In this document: one piece after another, positions 8,246 through 17,055 of the stretch
How the letters are laid out: every line of letters begins with the position of its first letter
Numbering within the stretch: position 1 is the first letter of the stretch
From: Motiliproteus sp.
Lineage (GTDB): Bacteria; Pseudomonadota; Gammaproteobacteria; Pseudomonadales; Balneatricaceae
DNA: 64,000 bases
Assembly (NCBI GenBank): GCA_036960175.1
Contig: JBALWH010000007.1
Location: forward strand, 23,462-87,461
Direction of reading: 5' to 3'
Position numbers and translations under genes: made by a program
Notes under the pieces: generated by a model
What the model was told of the DNA's origin: nothing
Database searches by the model: none
What the model saw: only the letters and a program-made list of their open reading frames with translations

Positions 8246-10888
8246 CTATTCTGACTGGTCTTTGGCTCCTTGGCTGAGCATGTGCTGAACTAACGCTTTC
8301 AGTTTTGCAGGGCGCACAGGTTTATTCATCATGTTGTAACCCAGCGCGCGCACTTCTTGTTTTAACTCATTGCTATAATTTGCTGTGATCATTAGAACCG
8401 GAGCGTCTAGGCGTAACTCCTGGCGAATCCGCTGGGCGGCTTCTAAGCCGGTTTTTCCGTTATCCAGGTGGTAATCGGCGATCAGCATATCGATTCCCGC
8501 TTTCAGTTCTGGCTGCTGTGCTACTTCCTCGTAGGAGGTGGCGGTGAAGACTATGCACTTCCAACTTGTTAAAAGTGTTTCCATGGCTTCACAAATACTG
8601 AGTTCGTTGTCGACTACTAGTATGCGTTTTCCTGCAAAGCTATAGTGGGCCGAGCTGTCATAGCTGTTGGATGGCAGCGGTTGTGTTCTGGGTAAGGTGC
8701 CGTAAGGGATTTGCACGGAGAAGCAAGATCCGCGTCCGGGTGCTGAGCGCACGGATATCTTGCAGCTGAGGATTTTTGCCATTTTTTCAACGATCGCCAG
8801 ACCAAGTCCCAGGCCTTTGTCGCGGGCGGAGTTGTCATCGTGAATACGATTAAACTCCTGGAAAATTTCCTCCAGTTTGTCCTCGGGAATACCGATACCG
8901 GTGTCACAGACTTCGATAGCCAGTACGCCTGCCTGTCTGCGGCACCCTAGCATGACCTTGCCGGCAGGGGTGTAGCGTATGGCGTTGCTGAGGAAGTTCC
9001 TAAGGATGCGGGCCAGTAGCTGTGAATCGGATGCGATCACTGCTGATGAGGAGACGAACTCAAACTCCAGTCCAGCATCGTTAGCAAGTGTTTGGAATTC
9101 GTTCGCTAGGTTGTCGAGCAGGTCGCCGGCGTTAAAGGCAGTGATATCTGGTTTTACTGCACCGGCATCCAGTTTGGATATATCTACCAGAGCGGCCAGT
9201 AGCGATTCCACGTCTTCCAGTGAGAAATTGAGAGAGTTGACCAGTCGTCGGGTGCGATCACAGAGGTCATGTTCCATCAGCGAGGCGGCGAATAGCCGTG
9301 CTGCGTTCATCGGTTGCAATAGGTCGTGGCTAGCAGCGGCCAGGAATTTGGTTTTGCTGGTGTTGGCGTGCTCCGCTTCTTTGGTGGCCTCTCGCAGTCG
9401 CGCTTCGATCTTTCGGCGTTCCTGGATATCTTCCAGCATCTGCAGATTGAGTGTCGTCAGCTCAGCGGTCCGCTCGGTGACTCGTTGCTCCATGTTCTGA
9501 TAGGCATTGCGGAGTTCTTCGGCAGTAATACGTTGTTCGGTTATATCCTGAATCAGCACATAGAAGCCCTCTACCTGCTGATTGTCACCGAACTGTGGAA
9601 CATAGGACTTCAGTACATAACGTTTTTTTCCGTCCGGTGTGGGTTCATCAATCTCAAAACTGACTGCCTCCCCTTTCAAGGCGCGTTTGACATAAGGGCG
9701 CAGGCGTTTCAGTTGTTTTTCCGGCAGCACATCCACCAGCTTATGTTCCAATACCTTCTTGCGATCGAGCTGATACCAAGTCTCGTAGGCGCGGTTGGTA
9801 AACTTGAAGGTCAGGTCACTATCGACATAGGCGATAAGGGCCGGTACGGCATCGGTGATCAGGCGAATTCTATGCTCGCTATCCGCTAGTGCTTTGGCAG
9901 ACCGGCTGCGTTCGGTGATGTCGGTGTAGGTGTTAACATACTGGCCATTGGGCATGGGGTGTGTCTTGATTTCAAGGACTCGGCCGTTGGACAGCTGCTG
10001 CTCCATTTCTCTGCTACGTTTTCCGTGCTTATTACTGCTGACGGGTTTTAGATCTTCTACCTCGGTGGCAGCCATCAGCTTGCTGATGCTCAGTCCCGAT
10101 GTGACGTTTTTGCGATCAAGCCCCGCAATTTCGATAAAGCGTTCGTTCCAAGTTTCGAGCTGTTGCTGGTCATTTACCAGAATGACGCCTTGGGACAGGT
10201 TGTCGAGGGTATTTTGTAGAATGGTGGATTTGTTCGCCAGCGCTTTTTCTCGCACTGCGCGCTCATTCTCCATCAGCGTGGTGATGTCTTTGTACAGCAC
10301 CACCATGCCGCCATCGCCGGTATAGCGCTCGCTAATCTGCAGCCAGTTGCCATTGGCTAAACGGTATACTTTACCGTCACTCTGCAGGGACTTGTTCTTC
10401 CAGTGTTGCTGACCATCAGCTCCTTGAAAATGGTAGTCGATCAGCTTCATCCGCTGGGATAATTCCTTGATCTCCCGCTGATGAATTCCAGGTTCGATTT
10501 TGACGCCAGAATTGCGCCAGAACTCGCTGAATTTGGTGTTACACAGCAGCATGCGCTGGTCTTTGTCATAAAGAACAAAGGCATCGGAAATACTTTCGAT
10601 GGCTTCTATTAAATATTGGTGTGCGGTCTGAGCGACATTGTTAGCATGTTTCAGGGCCTGGTTGCTGTGTTTAAGATCGGCCAGTGCAGCGTTCAGGGCG
10701 GCGGTACGTTCGTGGACCTGCTCGGCCAGAAATACCGCGTGTTCAAAGTTTCCGTAGGGGCCGTACTTATCGTTGGATCCGGCTTCTACCCGCTCTATCA
10801 GTGCCTGATTTATTTTCTTAAGCTTGCTGTTTTCCTGCTCGAGCTGTGCAAGCTGGGCTTTCAGGATTTTGGTCTCTGATTCAGCCAA
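8246..10888 (-). CDS. nahK: Multi-PAS hybrid sensor histidine kinase, NahK-like
   Basis: Several PAS domains, AASHDLLQPM H-box, receiver domain; TTG at 10888 with GGAGG RBS overlaps the nosP stop. Confidence 0.8.
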   Translation of the reverse strand: MAESETKILKAQLAQLEQENSKLKKINQALIERVEAGSNDKYGPYGNFEHAVFLAEQVHERTAALNAALADLKHSNQALKHANNVAQTAHQYLIEAIESISDAFVLYDKDQRMLLCNTKFSEFWRNSGVKIEPGIHQREIKELSQRMKLIDYHFQGADGQQHWKNKSLQSDGKVYRLANGNWLQISERYTGDGGMVVLYKDITTLMENERAVREKALANKSTILQNTLDNLSQGVILVNDQQQLETWNERFIEIAGLDRKNVTSGLSISKLMAATEVEDLKPVSSNKHGKRSREMEQQLSNGRVLEIKTHPMPNGQYVNTYTDITERSRSAKALADSEHRIRLITDAVPALIAYVDSDLTFKFTNRAYETWYQLDRKKVLEHKLVDVLPEKQLKRLRPYVKRALKGEAVSFEIDEPTPDGKKRYVLKSYVPQFGDNQQVEGFYVLIQDITEQRITAEELRNAYQNMEQRVTERTAELTTLNLQMLEDIQERRKIEARLREATKEAEHANTSKTKFLAAASHDLLQPMNAARLFAASLMEHDLCDRTRRLVNSLNFSLEDVESLLAALVDISKLDAGAVKPDITAFNAGDLLDNLANEFQTLANDAGLEFEFVSSSAVIASDSQLLARILRNFLSNAIRYTPAGKVMLGCRRQAGVLAIEVCDTGIGIPEDKLEEIFQEFNRIHDDNSARDKGLGLGLAIVEKMAKILSCKISVRSAPGRGSCFSVQIPYGTLPRTQPLPSNSYDSSAHYSFAGKRILVVDNELSICEAMETLLTSWKCIVFTATSYEEVAQQPELKAGIDMLIADYHLDNGKTGLEAAQRIRQELRLDAPVLMITANYSNELKQEVRALGYNMMNKPVRPAKLKALVQHMLSQGAKDQSE

Positions 10889-12062
10889 CGCCGGACCTCC
10901 CGATGGCAATACCAGTAAACGTCTGGTTTAAATGCAGGCCGTCAAATTGTTCACCATAAGTGTTAAAGCCGATTACTTTGTTGCGCTCGAGAATTTCGGA
11001 GGCTTGAGACGTTAATCCCAGGTGTTCGATTTCGAGACGGCGGAAGACGCAGTCGCAGCCAATGACCAGCTGCGGAGGGCCTATTTTCCGGCAGATATCG
11101 TCGAACAGGTGTTCCAGGCCTTCTAGTATGTTAGCGGCCTTAGAGCGAGTGAGTACGATACCGTTTTCAACCGCGCAGTAAAAATCGAGGCTCTGGTCAT
11201 CGTTAACTTTTTGGATGGCGCGGGGGTAGTAACGCTCGCCAATTCGAACCGAAAGAGGATTTAGGGCAAAAACCGAGGGATTCAGTTGCTCGACACTTAA
11301 TCCTAACGACTCCGCATATTCTAGGGCCGCAGGAGCAGCGTTGAATTCATAGACCCTGCGGGCCTCGCAATCGGCGTGGGTGATGACTAGTTTTTCATCG
11401 GTATTCATCAGATGGTCGATACTGAATACTTCAAACTGACAGCTGGTGTTCACCAAAATCAGGATCGCGGCATCGGAATAGAACGTGCCGTTAAAATACA
11501 CGTGGGTGTCTTTAAAGCAGAGATCATCACCGGCTGATCCACCCAGTAAAGGAATACTTCCTAAATTGGCGCTAAGGGCATTCAATAGTTGTTCTTCGCG
11601 GACCGATAGGCCGTCCAGCAGTGCTAGCGCAAAGGTGTGGCCTCTGATCGGGGCGACCTGATGCTTTTGGCACCGATCCAACATGCCGTGGACTAAGGTT
11701 TGTACCTCAGTAAAGGTGGTCTCGGTAAGGTTGCGGAACAGTGATAATTCGATAGAAAATTGCGTCTTGCAAAAGCCGATGGCCGTTATACTGCCTCTGC
11801 TGTATCCAAGGGGCGTTATTTCTCCGGCAGTGGTGCAGCCGACGACAGGAAGGTCTCCGAATCGCTGTTGCAATGCTTGAGAAAGTTCTTGTAATTCATA
11901 GTCCGTGGAGCAGAAAAATACAACTAGGCTTAAATCGCCGTGCTGAAGTTCGCTATGCAGATCTTTCGCGGCCTGCGAAGGATCGATGTTGTTAGATACG
12001 GCCGTGAATATAGGCCCTGCTTTGTTCAAATCATGTGCCAGCACGTGTTTTTCCTGCATCAT
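10881..12062 (-). CDS. nosP: FIST-domain NO-sensing heme protein, NosP-like
   Basis: FIST motifs GCTTAGEI, GGSAGD, GCDCVFRRLE, GFNTYGEQFDGLHLNQTFTG; coupled to a hybrid kinase. Confidence 0.85.
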   Translation of the reverse strand: MMQEKHVLAHDLNKAGPIFTAVSNNIDPSQAAKDLHSELQHGDLSLVVFFCSTDYELQELSQALQQRFGDLPVVGCTTAGEITPLGYSRGSITAIGFCKTQFSIELSLFRNLTETTFTEVQTLVHGMLDRCQKHQVAPIRGHTFALALLDGLSVREEQLLNALSANLGSIPLLGGSAGDDLCFKDTHVYFNGTFYSDAAILILVNTSCQFEVFSIDHLMNTDEKLVITHADCEARRVYEFNAAPAALEYAESLGLSVEQLNPSVFALNPLSVRIGERYYPRAIQKVNDDQSLDFYCAVENGIVLTRSKAANILEGLEHLFDDICRKIGPPQLVIGCDCVFRRLEIEHLGLTSQASEILERNKVIGFNTYGEQFDGLHLNQTFTGIAIGRSGVG

Positions 12063-12386
12063 TCCGAAATTAAATTATTATGTGTGATCTGTTGTTGCTG
12101 GGGTGTATGGGGTTTTTCTCAATTATATAAATAGTCTAGAGCGCTGCTTGGAAGGCATAAATAGTACTTCTGGTCACCTTTTAACGGTAACGTCTAATGC
12201 TTTGGCGCTGCTGTTTGAATGGGAGCAGGAAAAGCGTTTAAATAATTGCCCCATAGTATTCAGTGCTGGCAATGCTTTTTGAGGCTAATTCAGTAGTCTA
12301 TATCGAGCCTTTAAATGCGGTTTCGGGTGTTGGCGGCAAAGAGGGAGGAAAAAACGGTTAAATAGACCGATTTTTCTTTATCAATA

Positions 12387-12414
12387 TTGACACCAGCGCT
12401 CAATGGGGTAATAT
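12387..12414 (+). promoter_or_regulatory. sigma70 stable-RNA promoter of the tRNA operon
   Basis: TTGACA-N16-TAATAT followed by GC-rich discriminator GCCGGCC. Confidence 0.75.
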
Positions 12415-12426
12415 GCCGGCCTCTGC

Positions 12427-12517
12427 GGAGGGGTGGCAGAGTGGCCGAATGCACCGGTCTTGAAAACCGGCGCGGGTTAATAGCCCGCCGAGAGTTCGAA
12501 TCTCTCCTCCTCCGCCA
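12427..12517 (+). tRNA. tRNA-Ser (TGA)
   Basis: Acceptor stem GGAGGGG/CTCCTCC, anticodon arm CCGGT-CT-TGA-AA-ACCGG, long variable arm, GTTCGAATC, CCA end. Confidence 0.95.
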
Positions 12518-12527
12518 TTTTGATAGA

Positions 12528-12603
12528 TCCTCGATAGCTCAGTTGGTAGAGCAGTAGACTGTTAATCTATTGGTCACAGGTTCGAGTCCTGTTCGAGGAG
12601 CCA
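12528..12603 (+). tRNA. tRNA-Asn (GTT)
   Basis: 76-nt cloverleaf, anticodon loop CT-GTT-AA, GGTTCGAGTCC, CCA end. Confidence 0.95.
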
Positions 12604-12650
12604 TCAAAATAAATGCGACATACCAACGTCGCAAGTTGAAATTCGGTTTA

Positions 12651-12726
12651 GGGTCGTTAGCTCAGTTGGTAGAGCAGTTGGCTTTTAACCAATTGGTCGG
12701 GCGTTCGAGTCGCCCACGACCCACCA
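12651..12726 (+). tRNA. tRNA-Lys (TTT)
   Basis: 76-nt cloverleaf, anticodon loop CT-TTT-AA, CCA end. Confidence 0.95.
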
Positions 12727-12775
12727 TCCGAATTTCAAATGTCTTCTTACTGCGTGTGAGCAGTGAGGATTGAGC

Positions 12776-12851
12776 GGGTCGTTAGCTCAGTTGGTAGAGC
12801 AGTTGGCTTTTAACCAATTGGTCGGGCGTTCGAGTCGCCCACGACCCACCA
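12776..12851 (+). tRNA. tRNA-Lys (TTT), identical second copy
   Basis: Same sequence as 12651-12726. Confidence 0.95.
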
Positions 12852-13012
12852 CTCAATCCGATTCCCTATTTTAGGTCTGCTATTTTCTCCCTTTGGGGGT
12901 AGTCATGGCTGTGCTCGTCATTTTTCATTTTCTTGGTTATCAAAGCTGGCGGCTAACCGCGGCTATTGATAGATTTGACTTCCTTTATATAGAATCCTGT
13001 TGAGGGGCTGTA

Positions 13013-13249
13013 ATGAGAGTCTTCTTTCTCGTCGTATCTATTTTGCTGCTAACTGGTTGTGCTTCGGTCTTTGACGTAAAAGATAAATACTATGTCTGTT
13101 ACTACGGGGAGAAAAAGAAGGAGCTCTGTGAAAGTACGGTTGTGCCTGAGGACGATGAGCGGGCTTGTGTCGATTTGGCAGATGATTTTGAGTTTTCCGA
13201 AGGTGACTGCAATAAGAAGATAGGGCAATCAAAGCTGCACTTTTTTTAA
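13013..13249 (+). CDS. Small Cys-containing lipoprotein, unknown function
   Basis: Lipobox LTGC, GAGG RBS, four further Cys residues. Confidence 0.65.
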   Translation: MRVFFLVVSILLLTGCASVFDVKDKYYVCYYGEKKKELCESTVVPEDDERACVDLADDFEFSEGDCNKKIGQSKLHFF

Positions 13250-13281
13250 CGTAAAAAACAGGAGTGTGCTTCAAAGTAGGA

Positions 13282-13327
13282 TGTTCTGATATGGTGCGGT
13301 GTGACTCTTGCGCACTCGACTGGGGCG
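13282..13327 (+). promoter_or_regulatory. Two putative NtrC-type enhancer sites
   Basis: TGTTCTGATATGGTGCG (13282-13298) and CGCACTCGACTGGGGCG (13311-13327) partially match TGCACCAWWWTGGTGCA; about 105-150 bp upstream of a sigma54 promoter. Confidence 0.45.
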
Positions 13328-13430
13328 AGGGTTGTTTTGATTTGAGGTTGTTTGAATGATTTCCCAGCCTGTATTTCTCTAATGAGTATGTTTCTGGTCA
13401 TTACTAGGGGTTAGTGAACGTTTTTTAAAC

Positions 13431-13446
13431 TGGCACAATGCTTGCT
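13431..13446 (+). promoter_or_regulatory. sigma54 (-24/-12) promoter
   Basis: TGGCAC-AATGC-TTGCT, exact consensus spacing. Confidence 0.8.
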
Positions 13447-13494
13447 AAATCAGAGGGTATCTGAATCTAAAAGTATTGAATTGAGAGTCAGCTG

Positions 13495-14457
13495 ATGAAT
13501 ACCAGTGCTGCTAAAGTTTCTGCCATCAACAGTCAAGAACCGGCCTCCCCTTACTATGCCTGTTGCTCTTTGTATCGCCAGCGCTTGGAAGTCATTTCTC
13601 TAATTAAGCAGCTGAGCCAATTGGCTATCGCGGTGCAGCAGCACCGTGGTCTCAGTATGGCTGTTTTGGCGGGTGACTCAGGATTTGAGCGAGAGTTCGA
13701 GTTGCTACAATTGCAATTGGATCGGCGTATCGCGGTACTAGAGTCTTTTGCTGCACAATCAAGCCATCTATTGACTGAGACCGAGCAAGTTAATCTGGTT
13801 AATGCCTGGATGACACTTAAGAGTGGTTGGCAGGAAGATCAGGTGATGGATAACTTTGAGCTTCATTGCCACTTTATCGACCAGTTGTTATTGCTGATGA
13901 ATCAGCTGGCAAGGCGTTTGGAGCGGCCTATGTCGGATCATTTGCGGGAGTCTGGTTCCGGTTTTAAAGCTGAATCTTGGGTTAACTCCACGGGCAATGG
14001 CCAGCACCTGATTAAGCAGCTGGGGTTGCTGGCCTTCGTCTGTAAGCAGATGCCGGACCTTATCGAATTGGTGGCGAAGGTTCGGGGTTTGGCCACTCAT
14101 GCGATGATTGTTGGCCGCTGTGAAGCGCGTTATGGGCAGAAACTTCGATACCTCCTTGGTTGTGCTAAGGCGCAGCGCGAAAAACTCAATCTTGGTATTA
14201 TTCGCGTGAGTGAAACGGCTAGAGAGCAAATTCCTTCCTTACCTATGATCAAAACCTACGACATTAAGTTGCTGTATATGATCGATAAAGTGGAACGAGA
14301 AGTGCTGACTTCAAACGTAATTGTTGACGATCAGCATCAGTTTTTCGAGCTAGGCTCGCAGATTATCGATGTTTATGTCGGAGTGGTTAATCAGGGCTTG
14401 GATATGCTGCAGTGTTGGCAGGAGCAGCAGTTGGAGGAGTGGCTGGTAAAGGGCTGA
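13495..14457 (+). CDS. Stand-alone nitrate/nitrite-sensing (NIT) domain protein
   Basis: Helical protein with AVQQHRGLS and ELVAKVRGLA, resembling the two Arg-containing NIT motifs; no TM, ANTAR, kinase or MCP domain. Confidence 0.65.
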   Translation: MNTSAAKVSAINSQEPASPYYACCSLYRQRLEVISLIKQLSQLAIAVQQHRGLSMAVLAGDSGFEREFELLQLQLDRRIAVLESFAAQSSHLLTETEQVNLVNAWMTLKSGWQEDQVMDNFELHCHFIDQLLLLMNQLARRLERPMSDHLRESGSGFKAESWVNSTGNGQHLIKQLGLLAFVCKQMPDLIELVAKVRGLATHAMIVGRCEARYGQKLRYLLGCAKAQREKLNLGIIRVSETAREQIPSLPMIKTYDIKLLYMIDKVEREVLTSNVIVDDQHQFFELGSQIIDVYVGVVNQGLDMLQCWQEQQLEEWLVKG

Positions 14458-14463
14458 TCCAGA

Positions 14464-14961
14464 TTATTCGTACTCGATATTGATCACTTCATAATATTTT
14501 CCGCCCTTGGGGGTGTGAACTTCTATTTCATCACCAATGCTTTTCTTCAGTAGCGCTTTGGCCATCGGCGAGTCGATGCTGATCATGCTGTTTTCCAGAT
14601 CAATTTCATCGGGGCCGACTATGCGATAACGGGATTCATGCCCCTCTTCGTCTTCCAGGGACACCCAGGCGGCAAAAAATATTTTGCTCTGATCGCTGGG
14701 GGCTCGGTGCACTACTGTTGCGGCCTCCAGTCGCTTATCTAGATATCGAACTCGGCTGTCTATTTCCCGGAGTTGTTTTTTACCGTAGATATACTCGGCA
14801 TTTTCAGACCGATCACCTTGTGCAGCCGCTTCCTGTACGGATTGAGTGACTTCTGGGCGCTTGACCTTCCATAGGTATTTCAGCTCTGCTCGGAGTTTTT
14901 GTTCGCCGGCGCTGGTGATGTAGTTTGAACGTCTGGGTTGTGGCGGACGGTAGCGGCCCAT
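14464..14961 (-). CDS. greB: Transcription elongation factor GreB
   Basis: NYIT...LW...RPEVT..V..AAAQGDRSENAEYIYGKKQLREID; start MGRYRPP at 14961 (165 aa). Confidence 0.92.
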   Translation of the reverse strand: MGRYRPPQPRRSNYITSAGEQKLRAELKYLWKVKRPEVTQSVQEAAAQGDRSENAEYIYGKKQLREIDSRVRYLDKRLEAATVVHRAPSDQSKIFFAAWVSLEDEEGHESRYRIVGPDEIDLENSMISIDSPMAKALLKKSIGDEIEVHTPKGGKYYEVINIEYE

Positions 14962-15054
14962 GGAAAGTAGCTCCGGCTTTTGGCTTGTTTTTGGGTGGTC
15001 TTTAAACAGACTTCGATTTAGTAGGGATTTTACTCCAATTTTTGCCTTTAAGGC

Positions 15055-15081
15055 TAAAGATTTGCAGTAGTTAGCCGATTC
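15055..15081 (+). promoter_or_regulatory. sigma28 (FliA) promoter
   Basis: TAAAGATT-N11-GCCGATTC versus consensus TAAAGTTT-N11-GCCGATAA. Confidence 0.7.
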
Positions 15082-15108
15082 TAGCAATACCCTTTTTTAG
15101 GATATTTC

Positions 15109-15537
15109 ATGCAAACTAACGAAGTCGTTCATGCTCGGATTGATGCCTTAACGGCAGGCTTGAGCAACGCTGTTCGTGCGACCGGTGGTGCTGAGTTCGC
15201 GTTGATGCTGAGTATGATCTCGGAATCTCAGGTGCTTGCTAAGCAGATGACTGAGGGAGTTGGCGTTGATACGCCGCCAGCTCAGATCAGTAATCGAGAT
15301 CAGCTTTACACCGGCGATGTGGTTGAGCGCTTAAACCGATCACTTAAGGGTGGGCAGTTGGGGGAGTTACAGCTGCTGCTTAGTTGGCTGGAAACGGTTC
15401 CCTTACAGGGCAGAACGCTGCCGTTGGTCGTATCCGAGGCCCCGACCGGTATTCCTGTGGCTCAGGCAGCGTTGCTGGCGCGCCAATACAGTATGTTGGA
15501 TGAAGTCAGTGATTCTCGTCTGAGGCTCGCTGCTTAA
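15109..15537 (+). CDS. Hypothetical protein, possibly VC2046/SO_2500-like
   Basis: AGGA RBS; EFALMLSMIS segment resembles that family (weak recall). Confidence 0.55.
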   Translation: MQTNEVVHARIDALTAGLSNAVRATGGAEFALMLSMISESQVLAKQMTEGVGVDTPPAQISNRDQLYTGDVVERLNRSLKGGQLGELQLLLSWLETVPLQGRTLPLVVSEAPTGIPVAQAALLARQYSMLDEVSDSRLRLAA

Positions 15538-15569
15538 TTTCTACTGGTCTTTTCTTTACCTGCAGCTCG

Positions 15570-15968
15570 TTAAATGCGCCAGATAATGGGCTCTTCGCCC
15601 TCTTCGTTAATAGCAATCCATTCATCAGGTTCTTCTCCTTCGCTCCAGCTAGAGGCAATACAGCGGATCTCTTTGTTGAAATGGCTGTAGGCTTCGCGAG
15701 CGCAAAGAATGTCCTGTTGCCAGGGCGTCTGGTCTGACTCGAAGAGTACGCTGGTAAAATTTTTCACGGCTTTTTCGATAACCAGAATGGGTATTTCATG
15801 GCCGTCATGGGTAGCGAGAAAGTGATGTATCTGGCGCTTCTGTTTTAACAGCTCTACCTGCGAGAAGCGTTGCTTTAGCCACGCCTCGACGGCTGCGGCA
15901 GGAACTGCCTTTAAATAGATTTCGATATCGGGATGGTTTTCTGCGGAGTCACTTTTTATCATCATCAT
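15570..15968 (-). CDS. Conserved hypothetical protein
   Basis: Last gene of the dapE run; PDIEIYLK...WLKQRF...EIRC; overlaps the upstream gene. Confidence 0.7.
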   Translation of the reverse strand: MMMIKSDSAENHPDIEIYLKAVPAAAVEAWLKQRFSQVELLKQKRQIHHFLATHDGHEIPILVIEKAVKNFTSVLFESDQTPWQQDILCAREAYSHFNKEIRCIASSWSEGEEPDEWIAINEEGEEPIIWRI

Positions 15969-16221
15969 TAATAAACTTAAATATTCTCAGAATGCTTAGG
16001 CTTAGATAGCCGATGGCTGCGAGTATACCGCCTATCGTGGCAAACAACAGCCCAGCCAAGGCGCAGAATTCCTGTTTTAATGAGCTGTTGAAGGCGTGCT
16101 CTGCGTAGTAGATCAGTCCTATGCCCATGAAAAATATACTAGCGCCAGTCAAAAGAATCGTCAGGTTTTGACGCTCTTTTCCTGCTTGATCGATCAGCAG
16201 TTTTTTTAGCCGTTTTAGCAT
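15949..16221 (-). CDS. Small membrane protein (2 TM)
   Basis: Two hydrophobic helices; overlaps both neighbours. Confidence 0.7.
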   Translation of the reverse strand: MLKRLKKLLIDQAGKERQNLTILLTGASIFFMGIGLIYYAEHAFNSSLKQEFCALAGLLFATIGGILAAIGYLSLSILRIFKFINDDDKK

Positions 16222-17054
16222 GGCAGTTTAATGCTGTGGATGGATACATCGGCGCTGAGTGTCAGCCGGTCTAGTTGTTTAAGTTCCTCGCGGGCGCTGG
16301 CTGAGGCTCGCCATTGGTGTGGCGTCATGGCGAGCAATTGCAGTATCTGTTGATTGTTATCGAGCTGAAAATCAAACTGTAGGCGGTGCTGCTCTACTGT
16401 TATTTCGCCGAGGCTTTGTCGTAGCTGTGGCAGTGGGTCAAAGGCGTTGCGTTTTACCTGATCGTAAATTTGTTCTCTGAGTTGTAGCAGGTGATCGGGC
16501 CCGGTGTTGGCAATGATTAAGTGGCCGCCGGGTTTTAGTACGCGTTTGAACTCACTTGCCGCTATCGGGGTGAATAGGCAGACTACTTGATCCAGGCTGC
16601 TGTCAACGATAGGTAGGTTGGCGCCAGAGGCTACGATCCAGGTGCTTTCCTTGTTGCGTTGGCAGGCGGCCTTTACCGCTTCTTTGGATATATCCAGGCC
16701 AATTAAATCACTTTCTGGGGGTAGGTTGGCAGCCAGATGCTGGCTGTAATAGCCTTCGCCACAACCGCAGTCTAGAAGAGCAGTGGCTTCTTTGTTTGTT
16801 GCAGCAAGGGCGAGCTGACTAATCTTTTCTGCTATTGGAAGGTAGTGTCCAAGATTCAGGAAGTCTCGCCGATTGTGGACCATCTCGGCACTGTCTCCAG
16901 GCGCTTTGGAACGCTTGTTCTGCACCGGCAGCAGATGAAAATACCCCTGACGAGCCTGGTCGAAACTATGTTTGCTAGTACAGCGCAGTCCGCGCTCTTG
17001 GTAGTGCAACGCTCGGGCGCAGAGTGGGCAGCGAAGTTGTGTGGAAACTGTCAT
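16215..17054 (-). CDS. rlmA: RlmA-like 23S rRNA m1G methyltransferase
   Basis: N-terminal CPLC...C..HSFD.ARQGY Zn finger, LLDCGCGEGYY SAM motif. Confidence 0.8.
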   Translation of the reverse strand: MTVSTQLRCPLCARALHYQERGLRCTSKHSFDQARQGYFHLLPVQNKRSKAPGDSAEMVHNRRDFLNLGHYLPIAEKISQLALAATNKEATALLDCGCGEGYYSQHLAANLPPESDLIGLDISKEAVKAACQRNKESTWIVASGANLPIVDSSLDQVVCLFTPIAASEFKRVLKPGGHLIIANTGPDHLLQLREQIYDQVKRNAFDPLPQLRQSLGEITVEQHRLQFDFQLDNNQQILQLLAMTPHQWRASASAREELKQLDRLTLSADVSIHSIKLPC

Positions 17055-17055
17055 C

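Noticed and set aside
12651-12851. Two identical 76-nt repeats as a CRISPR array or att sites
   Set aside because: Both are complete tRNA-Lys genes; there are no cas genes, integrase or partial tRNA duplicate downstream.
14962-15087. N-terminal extension of GreB given by the ORF track
   Set aside because: It overlaps the sigma28 promoter of the divergent gene, and the GreB-like sequence begins at MGRYRPP (14961).
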